Shown here: one piece after another, positions 35,550 through 48,220 of the stretch
How the letters are laid out: every line of letters starts with the position of its first letter
Numbering within the stretch: position 1 is the stretch's first letter
Assembly: GCA_964016885.1 (NCBI GenBank)
Contig: OZ024754.1
Coordinates: 34,286,001-34,350,000, forward strand
DNA: 64,000 bases
DNA from: Eledone cirrhosa
Lineage: Eukaryota
Direction: 5' to 3'
Notes under the pieces: model-generated
Databases searched by the model: none
What the model was told of the DNA's origin: nothing
The model's input: only the letters and a program-made list of their open reading frames with translations
Made by a program: the position numbers and the translations under genes

Positions 35550-36825
35550 TCATCATCATTCTACGTCCACCTTTCCTTGCTTGCAAGGGTGCGATGGGAC
35601 CTATTCAGCACAGCACCTCTTCATTCATCACGTTCCTTCGTCATTTCCTCTGTGAGCTTCAGCGATCTGATGTCAGCTCTCACCACCTCCGCCCATGATT
35701 TTCATGGTTTTCCTCTACTGCATCTTCCTTCCACATGGTTTTCCTCTACTGCATCTTCCTTCCACATGGTTTTCTTCTACTGCATCTTCCTTCCACATGG
35801 TTTTCTTCTACTGCATCTTCCTTCCACATGGTTTTCTTCTACTGCATCTTCCTTCCACATGCGCATCACATGTCCATACCAACATAGTTTTCTTTCCCGC
35901 ACACTACAGTTTATCCCTTTTCGACAGTTTCTCTCTCAATTCGTCTATGCTTGGTCATTCACACACATTGACATTACACATCCATTGGAGCATGCTTGCT
36001 TCATTTCTCTCTACCCATTGCATATCTTCTGCAGTTGCTGCCCATGTCTCACTAACATGCAGTGTCGCGCATCTCACACAGGCATCATATAACCAACCTT
36101 TCGTTTGTAGGGAGAAACTCTTCTTTGTCAACAGAGGAAGCAGCTCCCTAAACTTCTTCCAACCTGTCCTTATTCTAGATATTATGTCCTCGGAGCACAT
36201 TTCCCCCTTGCTAATCTGATCACCTAGGTATCGGAAGTTATCAACCACCTCTATAGATCCTACCTGTATTTGAAAAATGAGTCTATCACTGCCACTTCTA
36301 CTATCAAATTTCCCTGAACATCTACTGCATATGTAGTTTTCCCTACCTGTTAATCCCACTACACTTCTTGTGTACCCATGATCTTCATTGTGTACATTTT
36401 ATAGAATTTATGCCAACTCCTTTTCTGCATATCGAACATGGCCATTACCCTGATGGAATCAGAGTTTTCTCCTCTTTTCTACTTATCAACACTTTAGTCT
36501 TAGCTATGTTCACTCTCAGTCCTCTTGATTCCAACTGCTGTTTCCATAGCCAGAATTTATTCTCTAGCTCCGCTGCTGATTCTGCTATAAGAACCAGATC
36601 GTCAGCATAGAGAAGTTCCCTTGGGCAGCCAATATTAAACTCCTCTGTTATGGCTTGGAGGACTTTAATGAATAAGAATGGGCTGAGGACCGAACCCTGA
36701 TGCACTCCTACTTGTATCTGGAATTCCTCACTAAACCTCCATTTCTACTCTCACTTTACTGACAGCACCTCCGTACATAGATTGCACTGTCCTCACAAGC
36801 CATTCCTCTACACCTAGTTTCCTTA
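35550..36825 (-). mobile_element. 5'-truncated RTE LINE (reverse transcriptase pseudogene)
   Basis: HQGSVLSPFLF, LLYADDLVL, GLRVNIAKTK, VDNFRYLGD and RIRTGWKKFRELLPLL, with frameshifts. Internal 30-bp tandem repeat at 35705-35860. (ATG)n tail. Confidence 0.9.
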
Positions 36826-36872
36826 GGGACCACTAGATGACAGATCAGGGGGTACTGATATATGTATATATC

Positions 36873-36938
<66 letters not shown>

Positions 36939-37204
36939 TGCGCGTGCGTGTGTGCGTGTGTGTGTGTGTGTGTGTGCGTGCGTGTGTGTGTGTGTGTAAG
37001 AGTGTATATAGATGTATGTATAGATGGGTGCATGTGGTTTTATGTGTATGTGTGTATGTATATATATATATATACATTTTTTCCATTATAAGATGTTATT
37101 TTTAGTACATATCTTTTTCAAAATTTATATCCAAAACTGTTTTGTCTAACAACTGAGCTATACGTGTCTGTAAGAATCATCTAGTTTCTTGAAACCTTCA
37201 GTAA

Positions 37205-37392
37205 TGGTTTCTAATATAGGCACAAGGCCAGTAATTTGGGGGGAGGGGAAAGTCGATTAAATCGACCCCAGTATGTTACTGGTACTTTATTTTATCGACC
37301 TCGCAAAGTTAACCTCGGTGGGATTTGAACTCAGACCGTAACTCTATACTGCAAAGCATGGTGTCCGACTCAACCAATACTGCCAATCCCGC
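37205..37392 (-). mobile_element. Family-A SINE
   Basis: Reverse complement of the family-A consensus. Confidence 0.75.
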
Positions 37393-37498
37393 TTCAGTAA
37401 TGGAATAATTATATTCTGTTGTTTATTATATAATGAAATAGCTCTGTACTATACATAGAGCACTCTTATTTCCTTTACCTTTTCTATGGAAATACGTA

Positions 37499-37529
<31 letters not shown>

Positions 37530-37540
37530 AATATATATAT

Positions 37541-37922
37541 GGAGGCACTTGGCTTAGTGGCATTGGGCTTGCAATCGAAAGGTTGTGAGTTCAATTCTCA
37601 GACCGGGTGATGTGTTGTTTCCTTGAGCAAGACACTTTATTTCACATTGCTCCAGTTTACTCAGCTGTAGAAATGAGATGATAGGGACTGGGGTCCCTAT
37701 CACTCCACTGCAAAGTGGTCGTGGAGGTGCCACGGCAAAAAAGCACCCAGCCCACACTGTAAAGTGGACGTGTAGGCGCTACGGAAAAAAAGCACCCAGC
37801 ACTCACTGTAAATGAGGTTGGTGTTAGGAAGGGCATCCAGCTGTAGAAATCAAGCCAGAATCAGTTCCCGTCCCACCCTTGCAAGCAGGGAAAAGTGGAC
37901 GTATGATGATGATGATGATGAT
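37541..37922 (+). mobile_element. Family-B SINE, full length, with internal duplicated segment
   Basis: Same two-unit aaaaaagcacccagc...ctgtaaa structure as the 15760 copy. Confidence 0.8.
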
Positions 37923-39147
37923 ATATATATAGGAACAGGGTAGGATGTATTCTCAAGGAGTTCACTCCAGAACCACATGATTTGGGGTCCAGTACAACTG
38001 TGTGATACTTTGTGCAAGTGTCTTCTATAGCCCCATGCTAACAAAATGCCTTGTAAGTGAATTTGGTAGACAAAAACTTTGTATATATGTGTATGTGTAC
38101 ATGCAAAAATGTGTGTGTGTGTTTATGTTACAAAACATCAAATCAACACCATATATAGATGCCAGCATTGATATTCTGTATTTCTGTCATAAATAATACA
38201 TCCTGCAGTGATGAATATTAGCAATGTATATACTATATGTTAAATAAAGTATGGGTTGGCTTCAGAAAAAGTATCCAAATATAGAAAACCTAAATCAGAC
38301 AGTTTCCTTTCAACATATACAAGAAAATATGTTCAATTATAAAAACAGCAAACTTGAAAGAAACTCCTACAATATCAGTTGTTCCAAATTATTTTTAAAG
38401 TTTAGACAATGGCTGTTAAGAGTAGATGCTATCTTTATACCTAATTAGTGAAACCAGTTGATATGTATTGACCTTGTTATATCTCCTTATCCCATCACAT
38501 TCACCAGTAACTGGTCTACCATTCTCAAGTTGGGACTTGTAGGATTAAATCCCAAGATGTTGGCTCAGATTGGATATCTCAGAGAAATTAGATTGTCAGA
38601 TAGAACACTTTATTGCATTAATTTTGGTTCTCTGCTCTCTGAGTTCAAATCCTACCAAAGTCAATGTTTCAAAGTTGATAAGAAATACCAGCCTAATACT
38701 GGGGTTGATTCTTCTACATATCTTTCTTAATTCCATTCTTTCATTCTCTCTAACCTTCACTGGAAGAAATCTGTTGTATTCAGACCTGGAGAGGAAATGA
38801 GCTCCACCAGGTTTTAAGACAAAAAAACTAAAACAACAAATGTCCTAGAAATGCCACATGTCAGTAGTGCACCCCAACAACTTCCTTGGGAGTTACAAGA
38901 CTTTAAAAAAAACTTTGTGCACATAATGGAATATTTTACCTGAGCCCAAGAAGCCAAGAAGGGGGCCCAAGTATATATCCCACCTCAAAAACACTTTAAC
39001 CCACTTGAATTCTAAGAGCAAATCATCCTCCCAAAAGCAGCCTTGCCTGCACTAAGGTGTTTTCGTTCATCTCAGAGAAATCATAAAATCCTAACAATAA
39101 GAGCAACCAAGTGCCAAATGTTTAAGAAAATATAAAAGTGTGAATAC

Positions 39148-39853
39148 CTCCAGTTTTTGAAAAAGCTCTTTCTCTAGTTGTTCGAGTATTGGCTGAAGAG
39201 ACTTTCGATTCCACATCTCCATAGTCCGATAACGAAGATGATGTATGACGTTTCTTGTATCTAAATAAAGAATCTGATACACTTAGGTCACAGTTAATCT
39301 TATATGTCTCGGCATTGCTTGGTGTAACCACTGAAGACAAAGTTGCATTGATTTGAGCAGCTTCAGCCTTCTTTGCCAATAGGTTGTGTCTAGCTTGTTC
39401 TTTCATGGCAGCTGTTTGCCATTGTCGAGGAACCACGACAACATTCTCAGTAAATTCTTTAAAGCCACACATCAGGTGATATTCTAGACTTTTTGGTATC
39501 AGTTCTGTTAAGTTTGGTAAATTATCGAGATAAACTGCCAATTTGTCAAGTATTTTTTCGGAAGAAGCTTTAGTCTGTTCATATAGCTGTCTCTGTGACT
39601 CTTCATTGTTGGTTAAAGAAGAATCAAGGCGGTTTCTCAGGGAAATGTATGTCTGAGTGATTTCTGGAAGAAGATTACTTCTTACAGGGCCATCTGAGAA
39701 GTTAGGTTTCTGATCAAGACATACTATAGTCGGTGAAGTAGGAGAGCTCTTAGAACCAGACAAAACAGGAGCTTGCACACTGTTATACTTGCGATACCTC
39801 TTTGGAGTAGGTCTGTTTGGAATTTGGTCATAGAAGAATAACTTAGTTTGCAT
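39148..39853 (-). CDS. FAM194-domain gene, coding exon 1
   Basis: 235-codon non-repetitive frame MQTKLFFYDQ...KTG with an in-frame stop upstream. ILDKLAVYL...IPKSLEYHLMCGFKEFTE resembles the C3orf20 N-terminal block. GAG|gtattc donor, phase 1. All 12 exons total 2247 nt (748 aa). Confidence 0.8.
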
Positions 39854-40341
39854 TTTTTGCAGATGTAAGACGAAGTCATTATTATCAATCAGGTTATCGG
39901 GTCAAACCATTCTAGAAAAAAGAAAATACAGAAAAAAAGATGTATAGATTTCAGTTAGCAACTGGCCACCAAAAACTTGACCTTGTGTAGTCTCATAGAT
40001 AAGTTTGTACTGTAATCATTCTTTAGGCATCATGGTGTCTACAATTTTGACGTTAAAATCAGCATCTGTCTATTTTCAAGTTCTGGAGACAGAATGAGTG
40101 ATTCTGATAAAAAGCAGCTATCAGAGTCAACAAAGTAGTAGCAGAGAGTATTTCAAACAGTTAAGATGTAGTCCACTGTCTCACACAGACCCTGCTGGTC
40201 TCTTTCTAGTAGTTTTGGCTTGTATTTGGCATCATGGTCAAGTTTTTATCTTCCTTTATACCCACTCTGCTTCTTCCCACACATAGAATTCTACTTTATT
40301 TTGCAGTCTCCCCAGTCTCGACACCGCAGACTTATATATGT

Positions 40342-40413
<72 letters not shown>

Positions 40414-40899
40414 GTTCTAGCAAAGGCTGGATGCGGAGTCACATATCAGGTCAGAACTTAATCTGAACCACTAATTTCTCAGATGGATTGGGACCCTATT
40501 TCACTTATATACGTTCCCATAATCTACACACTGCTCTGTACATATAGTACCAGCATTAGAAAGATTGATATATCTATGACACACCCGAAGAGTCCATGCC
40601 ACTCTCTGTTTGGCAAGGTTTCTACACCTGGATGCCCATTCACCAGCCACTTATACAATATCCATGCATGTATTCATGTATGCCTGTATGTCTGTGTTTA
40701 TATTGTATCCCTTAACGTCAAGTAACATAGCGGTTCGACAAATAGAGATTGATAAAACATGCATCATATAGAAAGCAAGAACATAGGATTGATTCAATCG
40801 ATTAACACCCACCCCATGGAAAACAATAAAAGAATAAAAAGGCGGTGCCCCAGCATGGCCTCAGCCGGATGGCTGGAACAGGTAAAAGAGTAATACGCA

Positions 40900-41085
40900 T
40901 ACAAGGGTCAGCTGAAAAGTTCGTAGGCTAACCAAGATACTCTCATGGAATGACAAAATAAGGTTTATTTTTCAACATAGTCTCTAGAAAGAAACAATGC
41001 TGTTATTAAATTAATAAAAAGAGTTTCACAGCCCTAGCATCACTCCTTCATTGTCAGCCTATGAAGTTTTCAACCGAACCTTGTA
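40900..41085. mobile_element. mariner-derived MITE
   Basis: TA-flanked TIRs caagggtcagctgaaaagttcgtaggct / agcctatgaagttttcaaccgaaccttg. Paralog at 58656-58860. Confidence 0.7.
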
Positions 41086-41141
41086 TATATCGCCATTAAT
41101 AAATAGTGAGATATAATAATTTCAAAGTAAAGTGAGTTTAC

Positions 41142-42236
41142 CTGAATGAAATAAGCTTTAGACGAGTAATTCATATCAATAGAATTGTCAAACTAAGTTG
41201 TTGTCAGGTCGTTTTTCTTTACTAAACAGATGTGTCAAGTCCAGCCTGTGTTGTTTTCTTCTCTCTCTCTCGCTCTCTCTGTTTTTCTCTATATATCTGT
41301 CCGTCCTTCTTTCTCTCTCTCTGTTTTTCTCTATATATCTGTCCGTCCTTCTTTCTCTCTCTCTGTTTTTCTCTATATATCTGTCCGTCTTTCTCTTTCT
41401 GTGTTTTCTCTATTTTCCCTGTCTGTCTTCTTGTTGCACGCATGTGTGAATATGTCTTACTCTCTCTCCCTCTCTTTGTCTGTTTTATTCTCTGTCTCTC
41501 TTCCTCCCTGTTTATCTTTCTCTCTTACACAAACAAACATAATTTTCTTAATTTCTCTCTCTATTTCTTGTTAGTTTCTCTTTGCCCATTCTTACACATA
41601 CACACACGCACACTTTCGCTTCTATTTCTTGCAACGTATATATACTAAGTAATTTATTTAGGTAATGTAGCTTTAAGAACTCTCAGCAGACTCATCAATT
41701 CACTAATTTTTGAATTTTATGAATATAAGCTATGACATTACACCTTGCAAGGGCCAACCCCTTTCTTCTAACTGAGGAAGGGAAAAAATGAAGTGGTATT
41801 GTTGTTCTTTAACTTTCCTATGGTTCAACTGTTGCCGACATAAACCACCATCAATTTTCTCGGTTTACAGATTTTACCATAAGTATTTTGAGTTGCCACA
41901 CTTTTTTACATTTAACAATTTCCTTATGTATAGCAAGGGGCATAACTTTAGCCCGGATTATCGATATTGGATTTATTGACTTTATTCTATCATAGTTAGC
42001 ATCTAAAAGAAAGGTATTCATGAGAGTTTCGGCTACTATATAATGAGCCGTTGTTCTATTGCCACGAATACATTACTGGTAATATACTGAAAAATATCAA
42101 CAGCTCAACATTATAAATAACGGTAGAAGTTTTATTATTTTCGTCCCCCAAATAAGTTTTGTAGAGGGGAGACAACGCAAAAAACTTCCGGTGTCATTGA
42201 GATTGACGACCAGCATTGAACTTGAACTAACACGAG
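41142..42236. promoter_or_regulatory. Putative bidirectional promoter (FAM194 gene - / MRPL14 +) with candidate non-coding first exons
   Basis: Minus-strand donor CAG|gtaaac at 41142. ETS motif ACTTCCGG at 42184-42191 and plus-strand donor GAG|gtattt at 42236. CpG is raised around 42000-42500. Both ATG exons are preceded by acceptors (39911, 44448). Confidence 0.45.
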
Positions 42237-44467
42237 GTATTTTATGTTTACTGTTTTCTTTTATGCCAGGAATTTCTTTGATTGATGTTGTCTTTAACCC
42301 ATTTCTTTTTCAAAGTATAGTGCTTTCGGTATACTTTATCACTACATACCGACTAAGACAGACCGTTTTCTTTTTTTGCTGCCAGTCGCCATCTAGATCT
42401 CCGGTGTTCTCGCTTCCCGACTGCCACTTATTTTCGCAAAATCGGGAGGAGACCATCTAGCCTTTCGGAAATATCTTGATATCGGCGGCTGTTACAACTC
42501 CGGTGTATAGGATAACTTCTTATCCTATTTTACTTCCATCCCTAACACTTGCAAGTGTCAGAATATTTACACCTTCATATTATTAGTTTAGGACTAAGGA
42601 AAGTGTTTCGGCCTTCATATTACAACTAAAGTGTAAATAGAGTGTTTACACCTTCCTCAAGTTAAGTTGAAGTCTGTTCTAAGCCTTAGGCTCATCAGGC
42701 CGGTGCTTATCCCTGGTTTCCTTGGTGTTAAACATCAGTGAGTACAAGATTCCTTGGATAGGATGCCGGTCTATTGCAGGATTAACTCCCCAGCTACTGC
42801 TGGTACTCATTCTCAGCTGAGTGTACTGGAGAAACGTAAAATAAAGTATTTTGCTTAAGAACACAACGCTGCAGCCTATCCGGGAATCAAACCGACAACA
42901 TTACCATCATGTCAAGCACCCTAACCGTTAGGCCATGTGACTTCATAATGTTATTCAGTTAAGGTGTAAAAAGAGTGTTTACACCTTCATAATGTTATAT
43001 CATTATAGTTAAGGTGAGAGAGAGTGTTTACACCTTCGTAATGTTATATTATTATAGTTAAGGTGTAGAGGTAGTGTTTACATCCCTAAAAATGTATTGT
43101 GGAGGTTTGGTAAAAAAAAAGATATAAAAAATATGGTGGCACTCTCCTCAGAATTTTCCCTGAATTATGATGTGATCTTCGTTAGTCAGGTAAAACATCA
43201 TTCAGTACAGATCTGGAACCAAAGACGCTGGAAAATTGGTGTTGTACTTGGTAAATCTGCTGAAATGTTAAATAACTGATTGAACCAACTTCATATATAT
43301 CCTCCTCTTTTCATTGTCGATTAACGTCTATCTTCCACGCTAGCATGGGTTAGACGGGTTTATCCTATTTAGAGGCAAGTTGGGTTGGGTGACCGTGTCT
43401 TGCTCATGTAGGAGAGTTTCTGGCTGGTTTTCTACAGCTGGATGCCCTTCCTAACGCCAACCACATTGACAGTGGGGGCTGGATGCGCTTCCTAACGCCA
43501 ACCATATTTACAGTGTGTGCTCGGTACCTTTTGTCGTGACACCTTTACCTATAGGTTGTCTTATGATAGAATGAAAAATCAACATCATCATTGTTTAACA
43601 TCAGCTTTCCCTGATAGCAAGTGTTGGACAGGTCTACATAGACCGAGGTGTCTGCATCTAACTTATGTACAGTTATACATTCTATATCAAATGCACAGGA
43701 GAAATTATCTTGTCTTATCTTTTCACACAAACTGAAGGTTCCTCTCAACCCTTTGTTTCGCAAGCTTTCTACTGCTGGATGTCCTTCCTACCACCAACCA
43801 CTTTACAGCATATACTGTGTGTGTTTATTGTGTAGATCACCAACGCTAGGGAGATTGTCATGTCTTTGATACAACTGAAGGGTCCTCCCTTATAACTATG
43901 CACTATTGTATATGTGGATCATCTCATAAATTAATATCACTTAAAATATAGCTGCAGTATGTTACAATACACATTTTGTGTCCAAGCTGCAACTACAAAC
44001 ATCTACATTTAAAAACATCCCATTATAATTTTATGTAATAGGACAGTAGATTGGCAGTATCAGTAGAGCAGCAGACAACATGCTTTATGGTATGTAGTTA
44101 GGCCCTTTACATTCTGAGTTCAAATCCTGCAGAGGTTAGCTTTGCCATTCATCCCTACAGGGTCAATAAAACAAAGTACCAGTATCACACTGGAGTTAAT
44201 TTAATCGACCCCCCCCCCCCTCCAAATTATTATCCTTATGTCTAAACTGGAAACTATTACAATTTTATGTAAGAACCTTTAAGTTATGTTCCAAACACCA
44301 GCTTAATAGTGAGAAAGTTATATTATTAAATCCCTTCAAATACTCGATTATTTTCAAAATTATTTGAAAATCCTACTTAGTGTCTTTAATTAGAAATATT
44401 ATTAAATATAAATTAAAAATTATATTTGTTCATTTTTTTCTTTACAGTTGTGATTGTTACAATCAAA

Positions 44468-44547
44468 ATGCTAGGAAGTATTCTGCAGGCTGGTGTTGTT
44501 CCACGTATTTTACATCTCCCTTCTACTGGCTTTTCTCGAGCATTTGG
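44468..44547 (+). CDS. MRPL14: MRPL14 coding exon 1 (mitochondrial targeting peptide)
   Basis: caaaATG. MLGSILQAGVVPRILHLPSTGFSRAFG has no acidic residues and contains R/S. GG|gtaaat, phase 2, matches the next exon. Confidence 0.85.
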
Positions 44548-44619
44548 GTAAATATCTCAAGTTTTTTTTAACTGGGCAGTGAAGTGACAGAAAAAATGTT
44601 ATTACCATCATCATCATTT

Positions 44620-46310
44620 ACTTTCACTACTAGCAAGAGTTGGTCTACCTGTCACTACTAACAAGGGCTGGTCTACCTTTCATTACTAGTAAGGGTTGGT
44701 CTACCATTCACTACTAGCAATGGTTGGTCTAACTTTCACTACTAGCAAGAATTAGTCTACCTGTCACTTCTAGCAAGGCTTGGTCTAACTTTCACTGCTA
44801 GCAAGGCTTGGTCTAATTTTCACTACTAGCAAGGCTTGGTCTAACTTTCACTGCTAGCAAGGCTTGGTCTAACTTTCACTGCTAGCAAGGCTTGGTCTAC
44901 CTTTCACTGTTAGCAAGGGTTGGTCTAACTTTCACTGCTAGCAAGGCTTGGTCTACCTTTCACTGCGAGCAAGGCTTGGTCTAACTTTCACTACTAGCAA
45001 GGCTTGGTCTAACTTTCACTACTAGCAAGGCTTGGTCTACCTTTGACTGCGAGCAAGGCTTGGTCTAACTTTCACTGTTAGCAAGGGTTGGTCTACCTTT
45101 CACTGCGAGCAAGGCTTGGTCTAACTTTCACTGCTAGCAAGGCTTGGTCTACCTTTCACTGTTAGCAAGGGTTGGTCTACCTTTCACTACTAGCAAGGCT
45201 TGGTCTAACTTTCACTACTAGCAAGGCTTGGTCTACCTTTGACTGCGAGCAAGGCTTGGTCTAACTTTCACTACTAGCAAGGCTTGGTCTACCTTTGACT
45301 GCGAGCAAGGCTTGGTCTAACTTTCACTGTTAGCAAGGGTTGGTCTACCTTTCACTGCGAGCAAGGCTTGGTCTAACTTTCACTGTTAGCAAGGGTTGGT
45401 CTACCTTTCACTGTTAGCAAGGGTTGGTCTACCTTTCACTGTTAGCAAGGGTTGGTCTACCTTTCACTGTTAGCAAGGCTTGGTCTAACTTTCACTGTTA
45501 GCAAGGGTTGGTCTACCTTTCACTGTTAGCAAGGGTTGGTCTACCTTTCACTGTTAGCAAGGGTTGGTCTAACTTTCACTGTTAGCAAGGGTTGGTCTAC
45601 CTTTCACTGCGAGCAAGGCTTGGTCTACCTTTCACTGCGAGCAAGGCTTGGTCTAACTTTCACTGTTAGCAAGGGTTGGTCTACCTTTCACTGCGAGCAA
45701 GGCTTGGTCTACCTTTCACTGTTAGCAAGGGTTGGTCTACCTTTCACTGTTAGCAAGGGTTGGTCTACCTTTCACTGTTAGCAAGGGTTGGTCTAACTTT
45801 CACTGTTAGCAAGGGTTGGTCTACCTTTGACTGCGAGCAAGGCTTGGTCTAACTTTCACTGTTAGCAAGGGTTGGTCTACCTTTCACTGCGAGCAAGGCT
45901 TGGTCTACCTTTCACTACTAGCAAGGCTTGGTCTACCTTTCACTGTTAGCAAGGCTTGGTCTACCTTTCACTGCTAGCAAGGCTTGGTCTACCTTTCACT
46001 GTTAGCAAGGGTTGGTCTACCTTTCACTGTTAGCAAGGGTTGGTCTACCTTTCACTGTTAGCAAGGGTTGGTCTACCTTTCACTGTTAGCAAGGCTTGGT
46101 CTACCTTTCACTGTTAGCAAGGGTTGGTCTACCTTTCACTGTTAGCAAGGGTTGGTCTACCTTTCACTGTTAGCAAGGGTTGGTCTACCTTTCACTGCTA
46201 GCAAGGCTTGGTCTAACTTTCACTGCGAGCAAGGGTTGGTCTACCTTTCACTGTTAGCAAGGGTTGGTCTACCTTTCACTGTTAGCAAGGGTTGGTCCAA
46301 TACCTTTCAC
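44620..46310. repeat. 28-bp tandem satellite, about 60 copies, in the MRPL14 intron
   Basis: Unit CTTTCACTGTTAGCAAGGGTTGGTCTAC with GCG/ACT/GCT and GGC/GGG variants. Confidence 0.97.
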
Positions 46311-47072
46311 TAATTAGTACCAACTTCCTATGTTCTGAGTTCAAATCCTACTCAGGTGACTTTGCCTTTCATTTGTCCAGTGTCAATAAGCTAACTTGGT
46401 CATGCACTGGGATCACTTCAATATATTCCTCATAAAAGGTGACTAGAAGGACATCTAGCCATAAAATATTGCCTCATAAAGAACTCCATGATCAGTATGA
46501 AGCCTGTCATAGGCTTATAAAACTGACCCCTACTTTAGGTTCGCAGGTAAATTGACTTAAAATGTTTTGTTGTTGTTGTGTGCTTATGTGCAAAAAACAT
46601 TGTTAATATCATTAGGGTTGGAAGAGGGTTGTTGTGGGTATCAGATAAAATTCTTAGTAGTATTTAATGCTCCTTTACACTATTACTTCATCTCACACTG
46701 AAGTCAGCTTTGCTTTTCATCCTTTCAAAATCAATAAAATAAATACCAATCAATCTCTCCACATTCCTTTGTCGTCTCCTCTATGAGATTCAGGAATTTG
46801 AGATCGATCAGCTCTCACTATCTCTGCTCAGGGCTTCCTGGCACTTCTTCACCTAGTGATCATCATCCATGCACATGTCCATACTAATGCAGTCTTCTCT
46901 CTTGCACATCACTTCGGATTCCTCTTAAACCCAGCTCCTTTAGCTCATCCAAGCTCTTTCTTTCCCTTACATTTACATTGCAGTAAAAAGAAAAAGAAAC
47001 AAATGTTAATTAAAATTTTATTAAAAAAGGATTTTTTTCAAATGAATTTGTTTATATTAATCTCTTTTTCAG

Positions 47073-47445
47073 CACAACTCAAAGCCTTTGTGAAATCCGC
47101 AAGCTAGCGAGAATGCGTGTTGTTGACAACAGTGTAATTGGTAGAGCAGCTGCTGCTGCAGGGAGGCCTGCATATGTGATCCATGTCTACAACAAAAAGG
47201 AAGTTGGAAAGATAGGTGACAAAATAATGGTTGCTATAAAGGGACAGAAAAAGAAGGCATATATTGTTGGACTGAAGCAAACACAAAAGCCTTTGATGCC
47301 TAGGTTTGACACAAACAATATAGTCCTTATTGAGGAAAACCAAAGCCCTACAGGCACTCGCATCCGTGTACCAATTCCATCACAGCTGAGAAGCAAAGGC
47401 AAGGAGTTTACCAAAATTCTTGCAATAGCATCAAAATTTGTGTAG
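47073..47445 (+). CDS. MRPL14: MRPL14 coding exon 2 (mitochondrial ribosomal protein uL14m)
   Basis: MRVVDNS...IHVYNKKEVGKIGDKIMVAIKGQKKKA...PRFDTNNIVLIEENQSPTGTRIRVPIP...KILAIASKFV*. 150 aa in total. Confidence 0.96.
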
Positions 47446-48084
47446 CAATACATCTTAGAGAATACTTTTTGTACATAAAATATTAAAAATTATCTTAATT
47501 AGATGAATGTTATGTTGTTATTTTTTTATAAATTCCAAATTTATCGTAAATATAAATTTTGATAACACTCCAGGTTTGTAATTTTGATGCGTAACATTTA
47601 TAAATTTAAAATGGATCTACAATTGCTATTTAAATGTAAAATTTTGGTTACATCATTGCAACTATGTATTCTTAAATGTTCCTGATATATCAGAATTCTG
47701 AAAATTATGGTAACTTTTTGAAACTAAGGTTAGGTGGTTAAGAAGTTTGCTTCTGAAACCTTTAGCATTTACATTACTCTATATTTACTATTGTATTTTC
47801 ACAGTAAACACTTTATCTCACATAATATTGAATCTATGAGATTTTGATAGTATTTATTTTGAGAACAATACCCTAACGTCAGTATGAGGGGCCAGTTTGA
47901 ACAGAGAGAGGTGAGAGCATTTTGGCTGGATATATGGCTGATTTAAATGCTAATGGGTTAATGAATTGTGGTTTTAGGTTTAGACCTACTTGGGCATATG
48001 CCTACTATAGCCTTAAACCAACCAGTGGCTTATGAGTGGAATTTGGTAAACAGAAACACTAAAAAAAACCTGTTGTATATATAT

Positions 48085-48220
48085 AAATATATTAGGGAGT
48101 TTGGGCTCGATGGTTGAGCTCTTGCCATTTCAACAGCAAGAGCTCAGCTGTCAGGCTCTGACTCTAATATATTTATACTCTATTTTAAATATCAAGTACT
48201 CTACTGTCTTACTAGTTTAA
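48085..48220 (-). repeat. Leader-plus-palindrome element, copy 3 (diverged, inverted)
   Basis: Palindrome around ccatttcaacagc with gagctc arms. The reverse complement of 48170-48218 gives tagtaagac...agagtacttgatattt...tagagt, matching the leader. Confidence 0.6.

Noticed and set aside
35955-36705. Intact or domesticated reverse transcriptase gene
   Set aside because: It is 5'-truncated and frameshifted and has a LINE tail, so it is an ordinary dead RTE copy.
6535-46310. CRISPR-like reading of the 60-, 41- and 28-bp arrays
   Set aside because: Units are contiguous with no unique spacers, there are no cas genes, and the context is eukaryotic introns.
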